Source: Candidatus Kuenenia stuttgartensis
GTDB taxonomy: Bacteria > Planctomycetota > Planctomycetia > Pirellulales > UBA1268
NCBI GenBank assembly: GCA_945883745.1
Contig: CAMCYH010000003.1
Coordinates: forward strand, 20 to 64,019
DNA length: 64,000 bases
Direction of reading: 5' to 3'
Of the stretch, positions 25,910-35,535 are shown piece by piece; position 1 is the first letter of the stretch; each line of letters starts with the position of its first letter. The position numbers and the translations under genes are program-made. The notes below the pieces were generated by a model. It saw only the letters and a list, made by a program, of their open reading frames with translations. It had not been told where the DNA came from and did no database searches.

Positions 25910-28018
25910 ATGATTGTCATGACACGCCAACGCCCCAAGCCGCCGAAGGCAACAAAGCAGCGTTCCCGTGACGGCTCGGTCGTGGGCGTCTTCAAGCGGG
26001 CTGCGGGCGGGTATGGGTTTGTGCGGCCTGAAGGGGCTGCAGCCGGGGATCGCACGGGCGACATCCATGTTGCAGCTCATGCCCAACTCGATGCCGTGTC
26101 GGGCGATACGGTGCGGGTGCGACTCACCGGTGGCCGCGAGGTCCGGCGTCCGGGGCCGGCGGGCGAGATCGTGGAAGTGGTGACGCGGCGAACCACACGG
26201 TTTGTCGGACGCTACTACGAGGCGGCGCGGACTGGCTGGGTGCGGGTTGACGGCACCGTCTTTGCGAAACCGGTCGCCGTCGGGGATCCCGGCGCGAAGG
26301 GCGTTCAGGAGAACGACAAGGTGGTCGTCGAGATGGTCCGCTTTCCCAGCCATGGCCGGGATGGAGAGGGCGTGATCGTCGAGGTGCTCGGCGCCGCCGG
26401 GGATCCGGGTGTGGACACGCTTACCATCATCAACGAGTTCGGCCTGCCGGGGCCGTTCTCCGAGGCAGTGCTGGAGGATGCCCGAACGCAGGCGGCCCGA
26501 TTTACCGAAGAGGTGCCGGACGATCGCCGCGATCTCACCGGCGCGGTCGTGATCACGATCGATCCAGTCGATGCCCGGGATTTCGACGACGCGATCTCAC
26601 TCGAACGGATCGAGCGGGGGCACTGGCTGTTGGGTGTGCACATCGCCGATGTCTGTCACTTCGTCCGCGACGGTTCGCCGCTCGATCAGGAGGCTGCCGC
26701 CCGCGGCACGAGCGTCTACCTGCCAGACCGGGTGATCCCGATGCTGCCGGAGATCGTCTCCAACAACCTCGCCAGTCTGCAGCCGGGCCGGATTCGTTAT
26801 GCCCGCACCTGTTGGATCGAATTTTCTCCGGAGGGGATTCCCATCGACGCCTCGGTGGAGCGGTCGGCCATCAAGAGCCAGCGCCGGTTCACCTATGAGG
26901 AGGTCGATCTCTTTCTCGCCGACTCCGACACGCGGCAGGTCGAGATGACCGCCGCGGTGCGGTCGCTGCTCGGCCGGATGCGGGATCTGGCCCGCCTGCT
27001 TCGCAGCAGGCGCATGGCCCGCGGGTCGTTGGAGCTCGTGATGCCGGAAGTGAAGATCGATCTCGATCGTTCCGGCCGGGTCACGGGCGCCCACGTCGTG
27101 GAAAACACGGAGAGCCACCAGATCATCGAGGAGTTCATGCTCGCCGCCAATGAGGCGGTTGCCCGGGCTCTTGCTGCCAGCGGCGGTGGCTTCCTCCGTC
27201 GGATTCACGCCGCTCCCGACATGCGAAAGCTGCGACAGCTGACCGAATTCGTCACCGAGATGGGGTTTGAGGTCGATTCGCTCGAGAGCCGGTTCGAACT
27301 GCAGCGGCTCCTCGACATGGCCCGTGGACGACCGGAGGAACATGCCGTCCATTATGCCGTGCTGCGCAGTCTCACGCGGGCGTGCTATGGCCCGCAGGAC
27401 GACGGGCATTTCGCACTGGCAAGTGACTGCTACTGCCACTTCACGTCACCGATTCGCCGCTATCCCGACCTCACCGTACACCGGGCGCTCGACCTGCTCG
27501 CCGCAAGCCGCAAGCCGCCGCACGAAGGGTTGCAGCAGCTTGGCGAGGAATGTTCGCAGCTCGAGCGGCGGGCCGAGGCGGCGGAGCGGGAGCTCGTGAA
27601 ACTCAAGCTGCTCCTCTATCTCAGCGGTCGGATCGGCTCCGAGATGGAGGGAGTCGTGACGGGTGTCGAGCCCTTCGGACTGTTCGTGCAGGGAATCGAA
27701 CTGCCGGCCGAGGGGCTCGTGTCGCTCGCTTCGCTCCCCGACGATCGCTATCGATATGAGCGAGCGAGTCACGTCTTGGCCGGTACGCGGCCGGGCAACA
27801 CGTTTCGCCTCGGTGATCGGGTGCGGGTTCAGGTGGCCCGAGTCGATCTGGATCGTCGACTGCTGGAGCTGCGGCTCGTGGAACGCTCACCAGGACGGTC
27901 CTCCCGGCGAAAAACGCGGGCGAGTGACCCAAAGCCAAAGCCGGTCCGTCGCACCAAGGCGAGGGGGGCGGCACCTGGTCGCCCGCGGAAAAAGTCCAAA
28001 AAACGTCGCGCCCTGTGA
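25910..28018 (+). CDS. rnr: ribonuclease R
   Basis: An N-terminal OB/CSD region (GYGFVRPE) is followed by the RNB catalytic domain (ITIDPVDARDFDDAISL, SVYLPDRVIPMLP, FTSPIRRYPDLTVHR). An S1 domain and a Lys/Arg-rich tail complete the protein. Confidence 0.9.
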   Translation: MIVMTRQRPKPPKATKQRSRDGSVVGVFKRAAGGYGFVRPEGAAAGDRTGDIHVAAHAQLDAVSGDTVRVRLTGGREVRRPGPAGEIVEVVTRRTTRFVGRYYEAARTGWVRVDGTVFAKPVAVGDPGAKGVQENDKVVVEMVRFPSHGRDGEGVIVEVLGAAGDPGVDTLTIINEFGLPGPFSEAVLEDARTQAARFTEEVPDDRRDLTGAVVITIDPVDARDFDDAISLERIERGHWLLGVHIADVCHFVRDGSPLDQEAAARGTSVYLPDRVIPMLPEIVSNNLASLQPGRIRYARTCWIEFSPEGIPIDASVERSAIKSQRRFTYEEVDLFLADSDTRQVEMTAAVRSLLGRMRDLARLLRSRRMARGSLELVMPEVKIDLDRSGRVTGAHVVENTESHQIIEEFMLAANEAVARALAASGGGFLRRIHAAPDMRKLRQLTEFVTEMGFEVDSLESRFELQRLLDMARGRPEEHAVHYAVLRSLTRACYGPQDDGHFALASDCYCHFTSPIRRYPDLTVHRALDLLAASRKPPHEGLQQLGEECSQLERRAEAAERELVKLKLLLYLSGRIGSEMEGVVTGVEPFGLFVQGIELPAEGLVSLASLPDDRYRYERASHVLAGTRPGNTFRLGDRVRVQVARVDLDRRLLELRLVERSPGRSSRRKTRASDPKPKPVRRTKARGAAPGRPRKKSKKRRAL

Positions 28019-28025
28019 GCATCCC

Positions 28026-29150
28026 ATGACCGATCACCTCCACGAAACGCCGCTTACCCCCTGGCATGACGCCCATGGCGGTCGGATGGTCGACTTTGCC
28101 GGCTGGCGGATGCCGGTGCAGTATTCGTCGATCGTCGAAGAGCATCTGGCCACACGGCAGGCGGCCGGAATGTTTGATGTTTCGCACATGGGCCGCTTGT
28201 CGATTGTCGGCCCGGCTGCGGTCGACTGGCTCGAGTCGTTGCTTACCCGCACCATGGCGGGCGTCGGCGTCGGTCGCTGTCGCTACACGCTGGTGACCAC
28301 CGATGAGGCCGTTCTCGACGACGCCCTCGTCAGCCGGGAGGCCGATGCCTCGGATGGCACGCCGCGACTGGGTCTCGTCGTCAATGCCAGCAACCGGGAG
28401 CGGGTCGTGGCATGGCTGCGGAGTCGCCTGCCGGCCACGGGGGTGGTGCTTGCCGACCACACACGCGAGACGGCCATGATCGCCGTGCAGGGACCGCGGG
28501 CGATGGAGATCGTCTGCGGGCTGTGTCGGCCGTCGGATGCCGCTCGTGTTGGCGGTCTCGCCTCATACACCGCCACCAAGGCCAGTGTCGCCGGCCACGC
28601 CGCCGCCATCAGTCGTACGGGGTATACCGGCGAGGATGGTGTTGAGATCGTCGTTCCCGTCGCGGTGGCCTGCGAAGTCTGGGAAGCGATTCACGATGCC
28701 GGCCGGTCAGCCGGGCTGCGGGCCTGCGGCCTGGGTGCCCGCGACACGCTTCGGCTGGAGGCCGGCATGCCGCTCTACGGCCACGAACTCCGCGAAGACT
28801 CCGATCCCTTCGCCATCGGGCTCGGCCTGGCAATGTCGCTCGACGGCCGGTCGTTTCCCGGACGTGACCGGTTCTCGGCGATGCGATCGCAGCCCGCGTC
28901 GCGGGTTCGCGCGGGCCTCGTGTTTGACTCGAAACGGACCGCCCGCGAGGGGCATACCGTGCTGATCGGTGATCGGACCGTCGGCACGGTCACCAGCGGC
29001 AGCTTTGCTCCAACGGTCGGCACGGCGGTGGCAATGGCCCTTCTCGACCGCGCGGTGGCTGTGCCCGGGACGGCCGTGGACGTGCTCGTTCGCGATACGA
29101 AGCAGTCAGGCCGCGTTGTTCCCCTCCCCTTCTATCGTCGCCGTGCGTGA
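28026..29150 (+). CDS. gcvT: glycine cleavage system aminomethyltransferase T
   Basis: MTDHLHETPLTPWHDAHGGRMVDFAGWRMPVQYSSIVEEHLATRQAAGMFDVSHMGRL. The start lies 7 nt after the rnr stop. Confidence 0.9.
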   Translation: MTDHLHETPLTPWHDAHGGRMVDFAGWRMPVQYSSIVEEHLATRQAAGMFDVSHMGRLSIVGPAAVDWLESLLTRTMAGVGVGRCRYTLVTTDEAVLDDALVSREADASDGTPRLGLVVNASNRERVVAWLRSRLPATGVVLADHTRETAMIAVQGPRAMEIVCGLCRPSDAARVGGLASYTATKASVAGHAAAISRTGYTGEDGVEIVVPVAVACEVWEAIHDAGRSAGLRACGLGARDTLRLEAGMPLYGHELREDSDPFAIGLGLAMSLDGRSFPGRDRFSAMRSQPASRVRAGLVFDSKRTAREGHTVLIGDRTVGTVTSGSFAPTVGTAVAMALLDRAVAVPGTAVDVLVRDTKQSGRVVPLPFYRRRA

Positions 29151-29219
29151 ACGCCATGGCATGAATACGGTATTCTGCCCCCTTCACGACATCGTCTCAC
29201 TTCTTCCCCGGAGCATCCC

Positions 29220-29606
29220 ATGGCAGCCCCCCGCCGATACGCTCAGTCGCACGAATGGATCCGACTCGAGGACGATGGCACCGCCACGATCGGCATCTCT
29301 GCGTATGCCGTCGAGGCCCTCACCGACCTGGTCTTCATGCAGTTGCCGGAGGTTGGGCGGCACGTAAAGGCGGGCGAATCATTCGGGGAGATCGAGAGCG
29401 TGAAGGCCGTGAGCGACATCTATGCGCCGGTGTCGGGCGCGGTGCTGGGGGTGAACGAGGATTTGCCCAAGCGGCTCGAGTCGCTTGGGCAGGATCCCTA
29501 CGAGGCGGGCTGGATCGCCCGTATCAGACCCGATAACCCGGCCGATCTTGCCGGCCTCCTCGACCAGACGGCGTACGACGCCCTCATCGCGAAGCAGTCT
29601 CACTGA
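29220..29606 (+). CDS. gcvH: glycine cleavage system protein H
   Basis: YAQSHEWIRLEDDGTATIGISAYAVEALTDLVF and the lipoyl-lysine motif ESVKAVSDIYAPVSG. The gene is 128 aa. Confidence 0.95.
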   Translation: MAAPRRYAQSHEWIRLEDDGTATIGISAYAVEALTDLVFMQLPEVGRHVKAGESFGEIESVKAVSDIYAPVSGAVLGVNEDLPKRLESLGQDPYEAGWIARIRPDNPADLAGLLDQTAYDALIAKQSH

Positions 29607-29628
29607 TGGTGCGTCGTCAGGTGCTGTC

Positions 29629-30414
29629 GTGAACGGGATCGCGGTGTGGCGAGACGGTGCGGCCGATGGTCCCACCAACATGGCGGCCGATGAATGTCTG
29701 GCCGCGGAGGCTGCCCGGCGGGGCGGGATGGTGGTTCGTCTCTATCGCTGGGAGGGCACGACTGTCTCGCTCGGGGCATTTCAGTCGATTGCCACCGCCC
29801 GGGAATGCGATGCAATCGCGGGGGTGCCGCTCGTGCGGCGACCGAGCGGCGGTGGCGCGATCGTCCATGGCAGTGACTTCACGTACGCGGTGGCCATTCC
29901 GAAGCGGCACGCGTGGGGGGCGAAGCCTCAGTCGCTCTACGACGCGGTGCACGGAGCGATGATCGAGTCGTTGCGGTCATGCGGTGTCGAGACGCGGTTG
30001 GCCGATCCCGATCCTGCGGCGGAGGGGGCTTTTTTCTGTTTCGATCGGCGGGCCGGCGGTGATCTGACTGCTGACCATCCGTCCGCCACGGCAGCGGCCC
30101 GGAGTGTCAAATTGATGGGAAGTGCCCAGAGGCGACTCGCCGACGCTGTTCTTCAGCACGGCAGCCTCCTGCTTGAGTCCAACCTTGACGTCGGTCCGGC
30201 GGCTCGTCACCTGGCCCTCGCCGACCTGACAGGGGCAGTCGGGCAACGGCCAGACGGGTGGCCGGCCTGGGTCGACGAATGGTTGGAGCGGGTCGCCGCC
30301 TCGCTGGGGCAGCAGATCGAGGAGCAGCCGGTTTCGTTTCTGGGCACAGCGCCTCTCGGACTCGCCGTTGGACGCGAACGGTTTGCGGCATCTCGATGGA
30401 CGAACCGACGCTGA
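29629..30414 (+). CDS. biotin/lipoate A/B protein ligase-family protein (LplA/LipM-like catalytic domain only)
   Basis: VRLYRWEGTTVSLGAFQS, RRPSGGGAIVHG and KLMGSAQRR (conserved Lys) are present. The GTG start at 29629 is uncertain; the ORF track begins at 29485, inside gcvH. Confidence 0.7.
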   Translation: MNGIAVWRDGAADGPTNMAADECLAAEAARRGGMVVRLYRWEGTTVSLGAFQSIATARECDAIAGVPLVRRPSGGGAIVHGSDFTYAVAIPKRHAWGAKPQSLYDAVHGAMIESLRSCGVETRLADPDPAAEGAFFCFDRRAGGDLTADHPSATAAARSVKLMGSAQRRLADAVLQHGSLLLESNLDVGPAARHLALADLTGAVGQRPDGWPAWVDEWLERVAASLGQQIEEQPVSFLGTAPLGLAVGRERFAASRWTNRR

Positions 30415-30469
30415 GTGCACCACATGTGAGGGGTGTGTCGCATCGTTTCTTCAAGGTCTGCTCTGGCCA

Positions 30470-30599
30470 TGTGGCATTTCTGTTTGCTATAGCTATACTT
30501 TCATCCGGTCAATGCTGGTGGGATTTTCATTTTTCATCTTTTTTTGTCGCCGCAGAGACTCTTGCATCGTGAGGTGTTTAATCGCAGCGAGATGAATAC
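30470..30599 (+). promoter_or_regulatory. AT-rich island upstream of the FHA gene (candidate promoter/UP or regulatory region)
   Basis: This stretch is markedly AT-rich against the GC-rich background: GCATTTCTGTTTGCTATAGCTATACTTTCATCC...GGATTTTCATTTTTCATCTTTTTTTGTCGCC...GGTGTTTAATCGC. It contains a TTTTCAT direct duplication and a T7 run. No confident -35/-10 assignment is possible. Confidence 0.35.
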
Positions 30600-31262
30600 A
30601 TGGGAACCAAGCTGGTCATTGCTTCGGGCAAGAGTGCGGGGAAGGCAATCGCGGTCAAACGCGAGAAACTTCTGATCGGCCGAGCTGAAGAATGCGATAT
30701 CAGGCCACTCAGCGATGATGTGAGCCGTCGGCACTGTGCTGTGCGAATCGACCCGGGCGTCGTCTGGGTGGAGGATTTGGGCAGCCGAAACGGCACGTTC
30801 GTGAACGGCCAACGGATTGCCGAAAAGACGAAAGTCTACGACGACGACCTGATCAGGGTCGGGGCTTTGGAGCTTCGTGTGGCGGGCGGAACGGTCCGCG
30901 AGGCGGGCGTCGCTGCCGTTGCCAAGGCGTCCGATCCGGTGTCGTGGAACGACGAAGACGAAGTGTCGCGATGGCTGCTGGCTGACATCGAGCCATCTGG
31001 CATGCACGACACGACCCAGACGGCAGCCGCCGTGCCGATGGGAAATGGGGATCAGGGAACGGCTCTTGATGCCGGAGAGACGCAACCCCCGAATGCACCC
31101 GCTTCCACCGAGGATTCGTCGAGCGTTACGCGGATGAACATCGAGGCGTTGAAGGCTTCCCGGGGCAACCCCGGGGCGTTGCCCAAGGATCATGGGAAGG
31201 CGGCAACCTCGTCGCGGGAAGCCGCTGCCGAGGCACTCAAAAAGCTCTTTGGAAACCGCTAG
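30600..31262 (+). CDS. FHA domain-containing protein
   Basis: The N-terminal FHA signature is LLIGRAEECDIRPLSDDVSRRHCAVRIDPGVVWVEDLGSRNGTFVNGQRI. An acidic, low-complexity C-terminal half follows. Confidence 0.85.
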   Translation: MGTKLVIASGKSAGKAIAVKREKLLIGRAEECDIRPLSDDVSRRHCAVRIDPGVVWVEDLGSRNGTFVNGQRIAEKTKVYDDDLIRVGALELRVAGGTVREAGVAAVAKASDPVSWNDEDEVSRWLLADIEPSGMHDTTQTAAAVPMGNGDQGTALDAGETQPPNAPASTEDSSSVTRMNIEALKASRGNPGALPKDHGKAATSSREAAAEALKKLFGNR

Positions 31263-31425
31263 TCGTGTCGTAGCGGTTGTGCGATCTGGGTGGTTCCGGC
31301 AAGCCGGGAGGGCGGCAGAAATTCCCTGATCGGCACGCTCTTCGCAGTCGGCATGGGGAATACTTGCGGAAGAGTTTCCCCACATCGTACAGCCGTTTCC
31401 AATTCAACGCTCCCGGGAGAGTTTC

Positions 31426-31662
31426 ATGCCCACCGCCGCCCGTTCCTCCGTATCCGCTCGGATTGCTGCCGTGAAGGGTCCCAAGAGCCTACGCCGCAGG
31501 CATATCGATCCCACGACCTGCGAACGCGATTATGGCCCCGAGGAAATCGAGTTCATGCGGGCGCTCGATGCCTACAAACGGTCCAGCGGCCGCATGTTCC
31601 CGACGTGCAGCGAAATCCTCCAGGTCGTCCGCGCTTTGGGGTATTCACGGCCCATCGCGTGA
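31426..31662 (+). CDS. small hypothetical protein (78 aa)
   Basis: MPTAARSS...[45 protein letters not shown]. It has non-random, helix-rich composition and a clean ORF. I recall similar small proteins in planctomycete genomes but cannot verify this here. Confidence 0.5.
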   Translation: MPTAARSSVSARIAAVKGPKSLRRRHIDPTTCERDYGPEEIEFMRALDAYKRSSGRMFPTCSEILQVVRALGYSRPIA

Positions 31663-31795
31663 ATCTGGGCAGAAGGCCGGAACCTCATTGTTTGGGAAAG
31701 GAAGCCCGGTCTTGTTCCCGGCCATGGCCCCTGGCTACGGTCTCTGGCCCGTTATGGAATCCCCGGCCCCCTTCATCCCCGCCGATCGGCCCCAG

Positions 31796-32542
31796 ATGTT
31801 GCTCCCCCGCCTTTGGCTCTGCGCGGTGGCCCTGGGAGCGTGCGGCTGTGGTTCATTGGCTCGCAATGACAATGCGGAGGGCGTCAAACTCTATCAGCAG
31901 GGCAACTACCTCGGGGCGGTGAACTCCTTCCAAGAGGCATTGGCCCAGCAGCCGGGCAACCCGGACTGCTTCTACAACCTCGGTGCGACGTATCACCAAC
32001 AGGCCAAGTTGTTTCGCCGGACTGACGACCTGCAGACCGCGGAGCAGTATTACCACCTGTGTCTGGCTCGCAATCCTGATCATGCCGCCTGCCAGCGGGC
32101 CTTGGCGGTCCTCTTGGTCGAGGAGAATCGCCGTGATGAGGCGGTGGCCCAACTCGAAACGTGGGCAGCCCGTCAGCCGGGGAGTCCAGCGCCGCAGATT
32201 GAGTTGGCTCGGCTCTGCCAGGAGCACGGTGATCTTCGGATGGCTGAAAATCACCTGATCGATGCCTTGACAATCGACCCCAACAACGCGCGGGCACTGG
32301 TGGCGTTGGGTCGCCTTCGTGAGGCGACCGGTGATTCATCTCAGGCCCTGGTGAACTACTCCCGGGCGCTTTCCATCGATCCGCAGCAGCCGGCAGTGTC
32401 AGCCCGGGTGGCAAGTTTAAACGCGGAGCTCTCGGCCACGCGGATGGCGTCCCTGCCGGTGACGCCCGTCTCGACCGCCCCGTTTTCTGTTCAGCCGGTG
32501 GCGGTCCAGCCTCCGTTCGCGTCAGGAAGCGTGGCCCGTTGA
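31796..32542 (+). CDS. TPR-repeat lipoprotein
   Basis: MLLPRLWLCAVALGAC carries a lipobox (L-G-A-C). TPR-like repeats follow (YQQGNYLGAVNSFQEALAQQPGNPDCFYNLGATY..., AEQYYHLCLARNPDH...). In-frame upstream ATGs at 31724 and 31754 are alternative starts. Confidence 0.75.
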   Translation: MLLPRLWLCAVALGACGCGSLARNDNAEGVKLYQQGNYLGAVNSFQEALAQQPGNPDCFYNLGATYHQQAKLFRRTDDLQTAEQYYHLCLARNPDHAACQRALAVLLVEENRRDEAVAQLETWAARQPGSPAPQIELARLCQEHGDLRMAENHLIDALTIDPNNARALVALGRLREATGDSSQALVNYSRALSIDPQQPAVSARVASLNAELSATRMASLPVTPVSTAPFSVQPVAVQPPFASGSVAR

Positions 32543-32629
32543 CCACCCGCGGACAGGCTTCTATTCTCGCCGGAATCACGGGGATTGACGGCAAGGTCCG
32601 CAGACCCGTGGTGCACCAGGAGAGCGGCT

Positions 32630-33748
32630 GTGAACGAGCGATCAGATGGAGCGGAGGCGACGCGGGTGTTCAATTTTTCGGCGGGCCCCGCCGTGCTTCC
32701 GCTTCCTGTGCTTCGCCAGGCTCGCGACGAAATGCTCTCGCTGCCCGGTGTGGGCATGTCGGTGCTCGAGATCAGTCATCGCAGCCCCGCCTTCGATCGC
32801 ATATTGGAGGAAACGGTGGCCGACCTCCGGCAGCTGGTGGGGATCAGTGACGAATACGAACTCATCTTCCTTCAGGGCGGGGCGAGCCTTCAGTTTTCGA
32901 TGGTGCCGATGAATCTGCTCCGCGGGCAGTCAGCGCCTGCGGACTACATCATCACCGGCACCTGGGGCGCCACGGCCGTCAAGGAGGCCCAACGCGAGGG
33001 GGCCACGCATGTGGCGTGGGATGGAGAAGCCGGCGGCTACGACCGCCTCCCGGCTGCCGGAGAGGCGAACCTCTCTCCCGATTCCGCGTATGTTCACATC
33101 ACCAGCAACGAGACAATTCAGGGAGTGCAGTGGCAGCAAGACCCTGATGTTGGCTCCGCCCACTTGGTGTGTGATTGCTCGAGTGATTTTCTCTCTCGTC
33201 CGATCGATGTGGCGAAATATGGTTTGATCTACGCATGTGCCCAGAAGAACGCCGGCATCGCCGGCGTCACCGCGGTGATCATTCGGAAAGATCTTCTGGC
33301 TCGAAGCCGGGATGACCTGCCCAAGATGCTCGACTATCGCACCTTCGCCAAGAACGGGTCGCGGCCCAACACCCCACCGGTGTTCGCGGTCTATGTGCTC
33401 GGGCTCGTTTGTCGTTGGGTGCGAGACACGATGGGGGGGCTGACGGCCATGGCCCACCACAATGCGACGAAGGCAGCCCTTCTGTACGACGCCGTCGATG
33501 GCTCCGGAGGCTTCTTCGCCGGACACGCTCATCCGGCATGCCGATCGGCCATGAATGTGACATTTCGCCTTCCGAACGAGCAGCTCGAAAAGGCTTTCGT
33601 GCAAGGAGCGGCCCACCATGGGCTGATGGACCTGCAGGGGCATCGTTCCGTCGGTGGCATCCGTGCGAGCATCTACAATGCCATGCCCACGGCGGGCGTG
33701 GAGGCACTCAGGGACTACATGCTCGATTTCCAGCGATCCCACTCGTGA
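32630..33748 (+). CDS. serC: phosphoserine aminotransferase
   Basis: GTG start after GGAGAG. VFNFSAGPAVLPLPVLRQARDEM...SVLEISHRSPAF is present. The PLP-lysine region is not inspected in detail. Confidence 0.9.
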   Translation: MNERSDGAEATRVFNFSAGPAVLPLPVLRQARDEMLSLPGVGMSVLEISHRSPAFDRILEETVADLRQLVGISDEYELIFLQGGASLQFSMVPMNLLRGQSAPADYIITGTWGATAVKEAQREGATHVAWDGEAGGYDRLPAAGEANLSPDSAYVHITSNETIQGVQWQQDPDVGSAHLVCDCSSDFLSRPIDVAKYGLIYACAQKNAGIAGVTAVIIRKDLLARSRDDLPKMLDYRTFAKNGSRPNTPPVFAVYVLGLVCRWVRDTMGGLTAMAHHNATKAALLYDAVDGSGGFFAGHAHPACRSAMNVTFRLPNEQLEKAFVQGAAHHGLMDLQGHRSVGGIRASIYNAMPTAGVEALRDYMLDFQRSHS

Positions 33749-33791
33749 ATCCCCGGCGAGTGTCTCGAATTTTCTTGCGGAAGGAACCCAC

Positions 33792-35471
33792 ATGCCATCC
33801 ATCATCGTGCTCGATTCCCTGAGTGCCGACGGGCTGGCCCTGCTCGACAAGGCCGCGGCCCAGGGCATCACCTATGAGGTCGTCACCGGGCTCTCCGGGG
33901 CGGCCCTCCGCGATGCCTTGGCCGCCCATGACGGGGCGATCTGCCGCAGTGGTGTGAAGATCACTGCGGATGCCTTGGCCGGCAACACGCGGCTGCGGGC
34001 CATCGTGCGTGCGGGCGTGGGTACCGACAACATCGACAAGGACGCTGCGACCCGCCAGGGGATCGTGGTGATGAACACGCCTGCCGGCAACACGGTCAGC
34101 ACGGCTGAGCATGCCTTCGCGCTGATTCTCGCGCTGTCCCGGAATGTGGCCGCCGCCGATGCGAGCCTCCGCGGGCACCGGTGGGACCGGGGCAAGTTCA
34201 TGGGGGTGCAGCTCGCCGGCAAGACGCTGGGTATCGTGGGGCTTGGCCGTATTGGGCAGGCCGTCGCGGCGCGGGCCAGAGCCTTCGACATGCGGGTGCT
34301 GGGCTACGACCCGTTTCTTTCTCCGGAGCGGGCCGCCGACCTTGGAATCGAGCTGGTGTCGAAGGTGGCCGACATGCTGCCGCTGGTCGACTACCTCACC
34401 GTGCACACGCCTCTCACCGATGAAACCCGCCACCTCATCGGTAAACCAGAACTTTCCCAGCTCAAAAAGGGCGTGCGGCTCGTAAATTGCGCCCGCGGCG
34501 GCATCTACGATGAGCAGGCCCTCGTCGAGGGATTGAATAGCGGCGTCATCGCGGGCGTGGCGCTCGACGTGTTCGAGTCGGAGCCCTGCACGGAGAGCCC
34601 CTTGTTCGACATGCCTGGCGTGCTCGTTACGCCGCACCTCGGCGCCAGCACCGAGGAGGCCCAGTCGCAGGTGGCGGTCGAGGGTGTCGGACTGCTCGTC
34701 GATTTTCTTACCACGGGGGCAATTCGCCACTCGGTCAATGCCAACGCCATCGATCCGGCGGCGCTCGAGGGAGTACGCGGATTTCTCGATCTGGCGTGGC
34801 GACTGGGGCTGCTGTTGGCCCAACTCGACGACGGGCCGCCGCGATCCTGTTCCATTGCCTATCGTGGGGAGATCGCCTCCCGCAACACTCGACTGGTGAC
34901 GGCCGCGTTCGCGGCCGGGCTGCTCGAGTCGGCCATCGAAGACGTGAACATCGTCAATGCGGAGATGCTGCTGCGTGACCGAGGGATCGAGCTCGTCGAA
35001 CAAAGTCGTACCGATCCCGGTGCCTTCAGTTCCGTGGTGGCCGTCGATCTGGTGAGCGGTGACCACGTGCACCGCGCCGCCGGTACCCTCTTCGGGCACT
35101 CCATGCCTCGCCTGGTGCAACTCGAAGGACATCGGCTCGAGGCGTACCTCGACGGGGTGCTTCTGGTCTTCACCCATCAAGACGTGCCTGGCATCATCGG
35201 CAGCGTCGGCACGGCGTTCGGTGGCCAGGGTGTGAACATCGCGCAGATGACAGTTGGCCGCACGGCACCGGGTGGGGACGCAATCGGTGTGCTGAACCTC
35301 GACCAGGCTCCCGCAGCCGAGGCGATCGCCGCCGTCGCGGCCTGCCCTGGAGTGCGGTCGGCCCGCGTGGTCAACCTGCCCCCTGCCGGGAAACTTCCGT
35401 ACTGGCTTGCCAATGCCTCGGCGGCGTCCCGTTCCAGTCGCTCGACTGGTGCGCCACGCGGGTCGATGTGA
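33792..35471 (+). CDS. serA: D-3-phosphoglycerate dehydrogenase
   Basis: MPSIIVLDSL is the N-terminus. The NAD-binding motif GIVGLGRIGQAV and the motif VNCARGGIYDE are present. The C-terminal region is ASB/ACT-like, and the protein is 559 aa. Confidence 0.9.
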   Translation: MPSIIVLDSLSADGLALLDKAAAQGITYEVVTGLSGAALRDALAAHDGAICRSGVKITADALAGNTRLRAIVRAGVGTDNIDKDAATRQGIVVMNTPAGNTVSTAEHAFALILALSRNVAAADASLRGHRWDRGKFMGVQLAGKTLGIVGLGRIGQAVAARARAFDMRVLGYDPFLSPERAADLGIELVSKVADMLPLVDYLTVHTPLTDETRHLIGKPELSQLKKGVRLVNCARGGIYDEQALVEGLNSGVIAGVALDVFESEPCTESPLFDMPGVLVTPHLGASTEEAQSQVAVEGVGLLVDFLTTGAIRHSVNANAIDPAALEGVRGFLDLAWRLGLLLAQLDDGPPRSCSIAYRGEIASRNTRLVTAAFAAGLLESAIEDVNIVNAEMLLRDRGIELVEQSRTDPGAFSSVVAVDLVSGDHVHRAAGTLFGHSMPRLVQLEGHRLEAYLDGVLLVFTHQDVPGIIGSVGTAFGGQGVNIAQMTVGRTAPGGDAIGVLNLDQAPAAEAIAAVAACPGVRSARVVNLPPAGKLPYWLANASAASRSSRSTGAPRGSM

Positions 35472-35535
35472 TCCCTGGGCTGTATGCTTAGGAGCCTTTG
35501 CGCCGAGCCCGTCCTGTTTGACGTCCTTCCTCCCC

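Noticed and set aside
28019-28025. A glycine riboswitch in front of gcvT.
   Set aside because: Only 7 nt separate the rnr stop from the gcvT start, so there is no room for an aptamer.
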